Shown: positions 38,786 to 49,539 of the stretch, in pieces | How positions within the stretch are numbered: the first letter of the stretch is position 1 | Layout: the number at the start of each line of letters is the position of its first letter | From: Mobula birostris | Taxonomy: Eukaryota | Assembly: GCF_030028105.1 (NCBI RefSeq) | Contig: NC_092379.1 | Coordinates: 24,979,821 to 25,043,820 of the forward strand | DNA: 64,000 bases | Direction: 5' to 3' | Notes under the pieces: generated by a model | Databases searched by the model: none | What the model saw: the letters and a program-made list of their open reading frames with translations, nothing else | Told to the model about the DNA's origin: nothing | Position numbers and translations under genes: made by a program

Positions 38786-39049
38786 AACAAATAGCCGCTC
38801 TGTATATGTGAATGAACCCTTGCGTCTCCCCTCGCTCTGCATGGGCAGAGAAATGCACTGCTTTTACTTTAATTGTACGTTTCCTCAGACGACGTCATGC
38901 CTGGCAATCTAACCACTTTATTCTTGATCAACCTCAGCCTTATAGCTCCTATTTTCGAACTCTCAATCGAAATTATTATCTTCAGCAAAACTGCCCTTGC
39001 AAGCACCTTGAAGAAACAGCTTTATAAATTTGGTCGTTCAGTTACTTAC

Positions 39050-39127
39050 CGACTGTGAGTGACCATCTTTATAGTGAATATAGTAGTAACATCGTAATCC
39101 GACATCGGTCTCACTGGTAAAAGTATC
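39050..39127 (-). pseudogene. NAR-type J pseudo-segment (cassette 2)
   Basis: Paralog of 18309-18402. GTAAGT donor kept; 40 nt instead of 55 with the deletion after GATGG shifting the frame; heptamer decayed to CATCGTA. Confidence 0.7.
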
Positions 39128-39383
39128 GTCCTCAACTCAGTCTAATCAGCAGCCGTTATTGGAGAGTGCACCAGTATTCAGGACTTTAACAATCTTGTGG
39201 AAAAGAAAAATCCGTAAAATTGCCGCATCATTCTTTCTGGACGTCGGTTCTCTAAATTGCAGCAAATGTCAAAGTAACATCCCTGAAAGGAACAAGGTAG
39301 AATGGAATTCACCAGATCAGAGCGGGAAAGTAATCTGACATATGATATCCGCAGTATAAAATATATAATTTATTGGTGCCAAA

Positions 39384-39447
39384 AGTTTTTCTTTGATAAT
39401 CCTTCACTGTGTGGCATCAATAATCCACAGTGATCAGGTTCAAATCG
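39384..39447 (-). other. D segment with two perfect heptamers (cassette 2)
   Basis: + strand: AGTTTTTCT, 12 nt, CACTGTG (39405-11), TGGCATCAATAATC (39412-25), CACAGTG (39426-32), only 6 nt, TTCAAATCG (spacer shortened versus cassette 1). Confidence 0.8.
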
Positions 39448-39755
39448 CAGAACAGGAATGGTCTGAACAATACAGCTTACCTACTGCTGTCGCAGCTGCC
39501 ATGCTAGTGGAGCAGCGTCCCAACAGAAGGATGCGATTGGTAAGGGGGGAATCATTACCGGTTGTTGTACACTGCACAATTTTTGGGAAAGGTGGTTTCA
39601 ACCATGCAAAGTCAGAAGAGAAAAGAACTAGAGTATGCGCACGGCCAGTCCCATTGTAAACTATACTGCATGGAATGCAGGCGAAGCGCCTTGTTGAAAT
39701 TACCGGCAGATTTCACTCTGCTCCTCAAGTTATTGACGGTAGACAGTATAGCGAC

Positions 39756-40271
39756 TATTTGAGTACGCTGGGAATCCCCTTCCATGCTGTGTGAATATTC
39801 ATTTTTATATTCAACTTCACATAAATAAGTGTCGTTGTCCTTAACTACAAGTTTCATAATTTTGAACATAAGTGTCATTTCTGCTTTATTTTCTTTTCTC
39901 ATAAATCCTTGTCACGTGTACATACGCTCCCTTCACTTTCAGCGTTGTGCCTGTTTCAAGAATTATCACGTTACAAATTTAATTCTATCAATTAGCATTG
40001 AACCCGCAGGTGATTGTGAGTGACTGACATTCATATTTCGTAACTGCTGTCGGGCTCTGGGTCACGTACTGTGTGAAGAAGTCTGGAGATTAAGAATATG
40101 GAGAAACGAAATGGCATTAGATGTGAAATGTATAACATTTCCCATACTATGTCTTCAAGAAATTCCGAATCTGCCTGTCAGATTTATATTGAACTTACAC
40201 ATTGCGGAAAGTTGTGAATTGTAATCACTACAAGAGTAGAGGCACAGCGGGACGATCAAGAGAAAGTGCAT
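39756..40271 (-). pseudogene. NAR-TCR-like V segment 2 (pseudogene)
   Basis: Leader 40271-40229 MHFLLIVPLCLYSC+A (donor GTGATT). V exon from 40082: FFTQYVTQSPTAVTKYECQSLTITCGFNAN** then frameshifted ..ERMYT*..NKAEMTLMFKIMKLVVKDNDTYLCEVEY. RSS CACAGCA, 20 nt, ACTCAAATA. Confidence 0.85.
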
Positions 40272-40559
40272 CGTTTCGTCTCCAAGTGTCAGATGGTTTA
40301 TATTACGGAGAGTAATACTGCTGCGGTACGTTGCTCCTCAGAACTGGGCAGAGGCACTTACGCTGGTTGCTGTTCTAGATGTATTGTACTTCCGCAGTGT
40401 TTCCAAATTACCTTTCGTGCGAGAAAGTGTCAGGTTAATGAGCAATAGTTATGGTTCTGCTTCCACTCAATTTCTTGGCAACTGATGTGAAAGCTCCTCC
40501 CTAACTGTTTTAACGGCAACAGGAGTAACACCTAGTCTTTTGAATGAATACATAAAGAC

Positions 40560-40880
40560 AGGGATCTGCAAAGAGGAAATGACATAATTTGCAAGTGCCA
40601 GGGTGAAAAATAGTCTTCTCAAGATAATGTGAGTGTCACTAGGTTTACAAACATATCAGCAGACCGTCTCCAGATGTTTCCAGGGATAGAGTCAAAAAGA
40701 TAGGGAGAGGAGTCAGAAATGGAACACGCGATTTGATCGACCCTATGGAAGTTGGAGGCAAAGTTGATGAAATTGATGAAATCAGCAAATGTACATGAAA
40801 CAACACCAGTGTAGTCGTCCATGGCTCACAGAAAGAGTTGGGGACCGTTGGGGCGTTATCTGTGTAGACTTGGGACATAG
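40560..40880 (-). mobile_element. Decayed Penelope-like RT fragment
   Basis: ORF 40619-40822 MDDYTGVVSCTFADFINFINFASNFHRVDQIACSISDS matches the PLE RT region from the YIDD motif onwards. Confidence 0.7.
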
Positions 40881-41344
40881 ACTGTTCTACGTAGGCGACG
40901 AATATATAAGCATGACAGGGGAAGGGGCGGGTGGGGTGTTATGCGGATTCCTATGGCTACGCTGTGGGTTTGGAGACAATGCAAGGAGCCGAAAGGAAAA
41001 AAAGGGTTGGTTTGAGAACCAGCTGCTCAGTATTGTTCAGCGTGATGCTTTTAATTTGCGAGATCATATTTGCGATCCGCTCAGATTACAGTTTCGCTAA
41101 TGTCGCAGAAATGCTTTCTCTATACACACAACAGCATTACTTACATTATCAACAAAGTCAGCAGCTAGAAAATTCATTCATCTATGCCTGCTATGACAAG
41201 CATTTTAGCCGATGTACTTCAGTACTAGTCCGAGTACATTGTCGGTCCTCCTTAATTACAAATATTGCTGATGGACTGTGAACCACAGTATATCGCAGTC
41301 TTCAATTATTCAGCGTGTTTTGACAGCGCTGATTACAATTACCA

Positions 41345-44300
41345 CAGAACCATAGAAACTACAGCACAGAAACAGGCCCTTTGGCCCTTCTTGGCTGTGC
41401 TGATCCATTTTCTGCCTAGTCCCACTGACCTGCACACGGACCATGTCCCTCCATACACCTCCCATCCATGTATCTGTCCAATTTATTCTCAAATGTTAAA
41501 AAAAGAACCCGCATTTAACACCTTGTCTGGCAGCTCATTCCATACTCCCACCACTCTCTGTGTGAAGGAGCCCCCGCCGCCAATGTTCCCTTTAAACTTC
41601 CTCCCCTCACCCTTGACCCATGTCCTCTGTTTTTTCTTTTCTCTCCCCTTGCCTCAGTGGAAAAAGCCTGCTTGCATTCACTCTATCTATACCCATCATA
41701 ATTTTATATACCTCTATCAAATCTCCCCTCATTCTTCTACGCTCCAGGGAATAAAGTCCTAACCTATTCAACCTTTCTCTGTAACTGAGTTTCTCAAGTC
41801 CCGGCAACATCCTTGTAAACCTTCTCTGCACTCTTTCAACCTTATTTATATCCTTCCTGTAATTTGGTGACCAAAACTGAACACAATACTCCAGATTCGG
41901 CCTCCCCAATGGGTTATACAACCTCATCATAACATTCCAGCTCTTATACTGAATACTTCGATTAATAAAGGCCAATGTACCAAAAACTCTCTTTACGAAC
42001 CTATCTACCTGTGACGACACTTTTAGGGAATTTTGTATCTGTATTCCCAGATCCCTCTGTTCCACTGCACTCCTCAGTGCCTTACCATCAACCCTGTATG
42101 TTCTACGTTGGTTTGTCCTTCCAACGTGCAGTACCTCACACTTGTCAGTATTAAACGCCATCTGTCATTTTTCAGTCCATTTTTTCAGCTGGTCCAAGTC
42201 CCTCTGCAGGCTCTGTAAACCTTCCTCACTGTCTACAACACCTCCAATCTTTGTATCCTCAGCAAACTTGCTGATCCTATTAACCACATTATCATCCAGA
42301 TCATTGATATAGATGACAAATCACAATGGACCCAGCACTGACCCCTGTAACACACCATTAATCCCAGGCCTCCACTCGGAGAAGCAAATCTCTACCACCA
42401 CTCTCTGGTTTTATCCATCAAGCCAATGTCTAATCCAATTTACCACCTCTCCATGTATACCTAGCGAATGAATTTTCCTAACTAACCTCCCATGTGGGAC
42501 CTTGTCAAAGGCCTTACTGAAGACCATGTAGACAATATCCACTGCCTTCCCTACATACACTTTCCTGGTAACCTCCTCGAAAAACTCCAACAGATTGGCC
42601 AAACATGACCTACCACGCACAAAGCCATGTTGACTCTCCCTAATAAGCCCCTGTCTATCCAAATGCTTGTAGATTCTGTCTCTTAGTGCTCCCTCCAATA
42701 ACTTACCTACTACTGACGTTAAACTCACCGGCCTATAATTTCGCGGATTACTTTTCGATCCTTTTAAAAAAAACGGAAAAACATCAGCCACTCTCCAATC
42801 CTCCGATACTTCACCCTTAGACAGCGACATTTTAAATATTTCTGCCAGGGCCCCCGCAATTTCAACACTAGTCTCCTTCAAGGTCCGAAGGAACACTGTC
42901 AGGTCCCGAGGATTTATCCAGTTTAATTTTCCTCAAGACAGCAAGCACCTCTTCCTTTTCAATCTGTACAGTTTCCATGGTCTCACTACTTGATTCCCTC
43001 AATTCCATAGATTTCATGCCAGCTTCCTTAGTAAATACAGACACAAAAAACCTATTTAAGATCTCCCTCATTTCCTTTGGTTCTGCACAAAGCCGACCAC
43101 TCTGATCTTCAAGAGGACCAATTTTATCACTTACAATCCTTTTGCTCTTAATATACTTGTAAAAGCTCTTTGGATTATCCTTCCCTTTGACTGCCAAGGC
43201 AACCTCATGTCTTCTTTTAGCCCTCTTGATTTATTTCTTAAGTATTTTCTTGCACTTCTTATACACCTCAAGCACCTGAGTTACCCCCTGTTTCCTATAC
43301 ATTTCATACAACTCCCTCTTCTTCTTTATCAGAGTTGCAATATCCCTTGCGAACCAAGGTTCCATATTCCTATTCAATTTGCCTTTAATCCTGACAGGAA
43401 CATACAAACTCTGCACTCTCAAAATTTCCCCTTTGAAGGCTTCCCACCTACCAATCACATCTTTGCCAGAGAACAACCTGTCCCAATCCACGCTTTTTAG
43501 ATCATTTCTCACTTCTTCAAATTTGGCCTTCTTCCAGTTCAGAACCCCAACCCTAGGACCAAATCCTTGTCCATGATCAAATTGAAAATAATGGTGTTAT
43601 GATCACTGGAACCAAAGTGCTCCCCTACACAGACTTCTGTCGCTTGCCGTAATTCGTTTCCTAACAGGAGATCAAATATTGCATCCCCTCTATTTGGTCC
43701 CTCTATATATTGGTTTAGAAAACTTTCCTGAACACATTTTACAAACTCTAAACCATCTAGACACCTAACAGTATGGGAGTCCCAATCAATGTTTGGAAAA
43801 TTAAAAGCCCCTACCACCAGAACTTTATGTTTTCTGCAGTTGCCTGCTATCTCTCTGCAGATTTGCTCTTCCAAGTCTCGTTGACAATAGGGTGGTCTGT
43901 AATACACTCCCACGAATGTGGCCATACCTTTCCTGTTTCTCAACTCCACCCATAAGGGCTCAGTAGACAAGCCCTCTAATCTGTCCTGCCTGAGCACTGC
44001 TGTAATATTTTCCCTAACAAGTAATGCTACTGCCCCACCTTTCATTCCTCTGCCTCGATCACATCTGAAACATTGGAACCCTGGAATATTAAACTGCCGG
44101 TCCTGCCCCTCCTGTAGCCACGTTTCACTAATTGCTACAACATCATAATTCCACGTGTTAATCCACGCCCTCAACTCATCCGCCTTCCCCGCAATACTCC
44201 TAGCATTGAAAACTGTACACCTCAGAAGATTTTTACCATCACTCACAACCTTTCTATCAGCGTATTTGCTTAAAAAAATCTAGTTTAAAGCTTCCCCAAT

Positions 44301-45370
44301 AACACTAACAAACCTCCCTGAAAGGATATTTGTCCCCCTGTGGTTCAAGTTTAACCCGTCTCACTTGTACAGGTCCCACCTGCCCCAGAAGAGGTCCCAA
44401 ATGATCCTGAAATCTGCAACCCTGCCCCCTACACCAGTTCCTCAGCCACTTGATCCTCCTCCAGAGCATCATATTCCTACCCTCACTGGCACCTAGCACA
44501 GGTAGCAATCCTGAGATTACCACCCTTGATGTCCTGCTTTTCAACTTCCTACCAAGCTCTCTATACTCACTCTTCAGGACCTCTTCACTCTTCCTTGCTA
44601 TGTCATTGGTACCGATGTGCACCACGACATCTGACTGGTCACCCTCCCACTTCACAATGTCATGCAATCGATCAGAGACATCCTCGACCCTGGCACCTGG
44701 GAGGCAACAAACCATCCTGGATTCTCTGTCACGACCACAGAACCTTCTATCTGCACCTCTAACTATCGAGTCCCCTATCAGTACCACTCTCCTCTCACCC
44801 CCCCCCTCCCTTCTGCACTGCAGAGCCAGACTCAGTGCCAGAGATCCGGCTACTGCAGCTAGTCCCAGGTAAGTCATCCCCCCCAACAGTATCCAATGCG
44901 GTATACTTGTTGTTGAGGGGAATGGCAACAGGGGAACCCTGCTCTGCCTGCCCTTTCCTCTTCCCTTGCCTGACAGTGACCCAATTTCCTGTCCTCTACT
45001 CCTTTGGCGTAACTACCTCCCTGTAGCTGCGATCTATAATCTCCTCATTCTCCCGAATGATCCGCAGGTCATCCAGCTCCTGCTCCAGTTCCCTAACACG
45101 GTTTGTCAGGAGCTGCAGCTGGATGCACTGCTTGCAGGTGTTGTTGTCAGAGAAACAACGGAGGGCTCCCTGACTTCCTACATCCTGCAAGAGGAGCATT
45201 CCAACATCCTGCCTGGCATTCTCACTGCACTAAACAATCTGAACAAAAAACTTACCGAAACCTACCTTGGCCTCTGCCTGTTCTCGCTGAAGCCTGTTCG
45301 AGCCAAAGCCGTCCCACTCTGACTCAGTCCACTCCGACGATGGCCGCTGTATATGGTGGTCTGCTTTTAA
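41345..45370 (-). mobile_element. Near full-length CR1 LINE, second subfamily, frameshifted
   Basis: (CTATGGTT)-type tail at ~41345. RT 41607-42896, endonuclease ORF 43539-44246 (FNARSIAGKADELRAWI..GSSDHN), ORF1 esterase 44305-44928 (LIGDSIVRG..HIGTND), Cys-rich finger 44996-45199. Confidence 0.92.
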
Positions 45371-45552
45371 ACCTTGGCGCGCTAATTGAGTGCACGGATG
45401 AATTTGATAATTTATATAATTTATTTCAAGATATATTCAAAGAAGTCATACAGCATAGTACCAAAATGAAGAGAAAAAAAAAACTGTTTGACTTTTTTTC
45501 TCTAAGATCGTTATCCCACGCTCAGAATAATACTATCACTTTCACTAGCACT

Positions 45553-45580
45553 CACAAGAGCACACCATCAGACAAAAACC
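45553..45580 (+). other. Orphan RSS-like motif, 12-nt spacer
   Basis: CACAAGA (45553-59), 12 nt, perfect ACAAAAACC (45572-80). A second CAC heptamer (CACTAGC, 45543-49) lies 22 nt from the same nonamer. Confidence 0.4.
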
Positions 45581-45834
45581 GTTGCGTTATGGCATCGTCG
45601 GGCATATTTTTCTGTTATGTAATGTAATGCTTATATGATATCTTCCTTTTTTTAATATAGACACGTAAAGGTAATTTCATGAGCTCGTTATACAGTGTTT
45701 CTTTCCAGCTTATCACCTCTACAAGGTGCCCAACGGCAGTAGTTACCAGATGTGGCTATTACTTTTAAGCGCTTCAGAGGCAAATGTAGAGTAAACAGGA
45801 CATAAAATACATGACACTTAATTCGGTTAAGAGA

Positions 45835-46245
45835 ATAAGACTTAGGAGAGAAATTAAGGTATTTGGCCCATCGAGTCTGCGCCGCCATTCAATCATGGAT
45901 GAGACTTTTATTCCTCCCCAACCCCATTTTTCCGACCTTCTCCGCGTAACCTTTCATGCATTTTGCTATCAAGAAGGATCAATCTCTCCCTTAAGGATAC
46001 GCAACGACCTGGCCTGCACACACAGCTGCATGTGGCAACAAATTACACAAATTCAGCACCTTCTGGACAAGATTTTTTTTCACATCTCTGCATCTATGTT
46101 GTGAATGGACTCCTATCCTGATGTTATAACCTCTTGTCTTAGACGCTCCCAAAATGGGAATCGTACTTTCCACATCTACTTTGCCCTGGCTTTTCAACCT
46201 TCGAAAGGTTTCAATGAGATCCCACTCATCTTTCTAAATTCCAGC
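45835..46245 (-). mobile_element. CR1 3' end of a third subfamily
   Basis: Reverse strand has the LKSQGKVDVE..KTRGYNIRI region and a 3' UTR ending in (tcttat)-type repeats. Confidence 0.75.
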
Positions 46246-47399
46246 GAGTACAGGGGCAATGGCTGATAAATTTGTGTTATGTCAGGGCATCAATGTACAT
46301 GGGGCGAAGGCAGCAGATTGGGGCAGAGTAACGAAAATGGATGAGACATGATGAACCAGCTGACGAGGCATTGCCAGAGCAAAGCATAAACCAAATAGCT
46401 TAATTTTACTGATATGTCTTGTCGTCTTATGTTACAAACCAGATAATAGCACTGTCCCTCGGCGATTATCAACGGACATAACTAGTCACTCTGTATCTAG
46501 AAAGTCACAGCAACAGAAGTGAAGAGATAGAAAACGAACATAGGACTTGGCTCATCTCCATGCTAACAAGCAACAGACCATCCCCACTGGTCAATCTAAT
46601 GCAAAAATCCAGAACCAAAACATATCCCATATGCAGCTTGAATTAGAAAATGGAATAACATTTGGCATTCAGTTTAACAGAATAATATTGTGTATGCATT
46701 ATCTACGAGCCGGAATTTATGTCCAGCCAGTGAAGCGGCAAACATGTAAGAGCTCTCCAATACCTGAAGAGTTATTTTATTGCAGTCTAATTTGCCATTG
46801 CCGTCATAGAATAACATGGCAAACATCTTATCCAGACTGAGACGGGAAGGTGGTGCAGAGCTTCAAAGCATCGTTCTGTTTTCCCAGGTTTCTGGGATCG
46901 ATTCCATCAACTGTCTGGATTTCTGATGCGTTCCGCGTGGCAGTGAAAGTGCATCCGGTTGTACAGTTACTAGCTATAATCTAACAGGCGTGCTGTCACT
47001 CAGTGAAGCGTAGAATAAGTGTTGTTTCGCGGAAAGTTATCGGAATCCCAATAACTTCAGTAAATTAACCAGATTCTTCAGCAACAGTTCCCTACAGGAA
47101 TGGCTGATTGAAAAGGTTTAATATGGTTAATCGGGTAGTAACCGTATGAACTTCCAGATACCCTAACGAAACATAGGATGAACAAAAAAGAGACTAGCCG
47201 ATTTTGTGGCAGTAAGCAATTCCAACGAATCTTTCATTTTTTTGCGATATGCGAAAACAGAAAATTTACAGGCAAAGCAATATTGAAAACCAATCAGTAT
47301 GCATCGGTGCTCAAATGGATCGACCGCCGAGTTATCCAGGCTGATTGAATCCGTTCGCTGAGATCCCTTTCGTAGAGATTCACCACTATCGCAAGAATG

Positions 47400-49062
47400 T
47401 TAGAACATAGAATAGTACAGCACAGTACAGGCCGTTCGGCCCACAATGTTGTGCCGACCCGCAAACCCTGCCTTCCATATAAGACCCCACCTTAGATTCC
47501 TCCATCTACCTGTCTAGTAGTCTCTTAAACTTCACTAGTGCATCTGTCTCCACCACTGACTCAGGCAGTGCATTCCACGCACCAACCACTCTCTGAGTAA
47601 AAAAAAACCTTCCTCTAACATCCCCCGTGAACTTCCCATCCCTTACCTTAAAGCCATGCCCTCTTGTATTGAGCAGTGGTGCCCTGGGGAAGAGGCGCTG
47701 GCTATCCACTCTGTCTATTCCTCTTATTATCTTGTACACCTCTATCATTTCTCCTCTCATCCTCCTTCTCTCCAAAGAGTAAAGCCCCAGCTCCCTTAAT
47801 CTCAGATCATAATGCATACTTTCTAAACCAGGCAGCATCCTGGTAAATCTCCTCTGTACCCTTTCCAATACTTCCACATCCTTCCTATAGTGAGGTGACC
47901 AGAACTGGGCACAGTACTCCAAGTGTGGTCGAACCAGAGTTCTATAGAGCTGCATCATTACATCGCGACTCTTAAACTCTATTCCTCGACTTATGAAAGC
48001 TAACACCCCATCAGCTTTCTTAACTACCCTATCCACCTGTGAGGCAACTTTCAGGGATCTGTGGACATGTACCCCGAGATCCCTCTGCTCCTCCATACTA
48101 CCAAGTATCCTGCCATTTACTTTGTATTCTGCCTTGGAGTTTGTCCTTCCAAAGTGTACCACCTCACAGTTCTCTGGGTTGAACTCCATCTGCCACTTCT
48201 CAGCCCACTTCTGCATGCTATCAATGTTTCTCTGCAATCTTTGACAATCCTCTACACTGTCTAGAACAACACCAACCTTTGTGTCGTCTGCAAACTTCCC
48301 AACCCACCCTTCTACCCCGACATCCAGGTCGTTCATAAAAATCACGAAAAGTAGAGGTCCCAGAACAGATACTTGTGGGACACCACTAGTCACAATCCTA
48401 CAATCTGAATGTACTCCCTCCACCACCACCCTCTGCCTTCTGCAGGCAAGCCAATTCTGAATCCACCTGGCCAACTTCCCTGGATCCCATGCCTTCTAAC
48501 TTTCTGAATAAGCCTACCGTGTGGAACCTTATCAAATGCCTTAATAAAATCCATATAGACCACATCGACTGCACTACCCTCATCTATATGCCTGGTCACC
48601 TCCTCAAAGAACTCTATCAGGCTTGTTAGACACGATCTGCCCTTTACAAAACCATGCTGGCAGTCCCTGATCAGACCATGATTCTCTTAATGCCTATAGA
48701 TCCTATCTCTAAGAATCTTTTCCAGCAGCTTTCCCACCACAGACGTAAGGCTCACTGGCCTATAATTACCCGGACTATCCCTACTACCTTTTTTGAACAA
48801 GGGAACAACATTCACCTCCCTCCAATCCTCCGGTAACATTCCCGTGGACAACGAGGACATAAAGATCCTAGCCAGAGTCTCAGCAATCTCTTCTCTCGCC
48901 TCATGGAACAGTCTGGGGAATATTCCGTCAGGCCCCGGGGATTTATCTGTCCTAATGTATTTTAACAACTGCAACACCTCCTCTCCATTAATATCAACAT
49001 TCTCCAGAACATCAAACTCATTCATATTGTCTGCACCATCATCAAGTTCCCTCTCATTGGCG
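47400..49062 (-). mobile_element. Young 5'-truncated CR1 LINE (RT domain)
   Basis: Uninterrupted 322-aa ORF 47506-48474 (GVPQVSVLGPLLF..FADDTK..RPHLEYC); intact 3' UTR and tail at ~47400. Confidence 0.92.
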
Positions 49063-49360
49063 GCAGAACATCTGCAACACATTGGTTCTATCTGTGTTTA
49101 TTCAACAAAGACCACACAATCGTTCTGTGCTATAATATTCAATAAGAAATAGGAGAATAACTCATTCGATAATTTCTGCGTCTATACGATTGTGCAGAAG
49201 GCTGTCTTCTTCTCAAATTATAGTTTGTTTAGTCAGTGCTGCAAAGTGAAATTTAATTGATTCAAACACATTTGAGTTAGAACAATCCCTGCCCATGTCA
49301 TCCAGGAGGTACTGGATTTGCAGGATATTTCTTTATGCTACCAATTCAATATTTGTGCTG

Positions 49361-49419
<59 letters not shown>
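49361..49419. repeat. (ATT)n microsatellite
   Basis: Direct reading. Confidence 0.95.
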
Positions 49420-49539
49420 GCGTTCTACAGCACACACAGCGGTCTCTGTGCGAAATATTATCTTGCCCTCGGAATACCTTTAACTATAACTGTCGGATTT
49501 TGCTTTTGTCGTGGCACTTCTTTGCTTGTTAGCAGTGTA

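Larger units (their letters stand above)
35940..45830. repeat. Segmental duplication copy B (paralog of 14100-24240)
   Basis: See copy A; collinear with independent TE insertions. Confidence 0.85.

Noticed and set aside
41050-41343. V-like motifs YLHYQQ and SSLITNI..TTVYR
   Set aside because: The paralog at 23200-23430 lacks the YLHY stretch and has no V pattern; RSS spacing is wrong.
49070-49345. CVYSTKTTQSFC and a DSAVYFC-like stretch (gatttgcaggatatttcttt)
   Set aside because: Needs several assumed edits, Cys-Cys distance is too long, and no RSS; indistinguishable from chance by eye.
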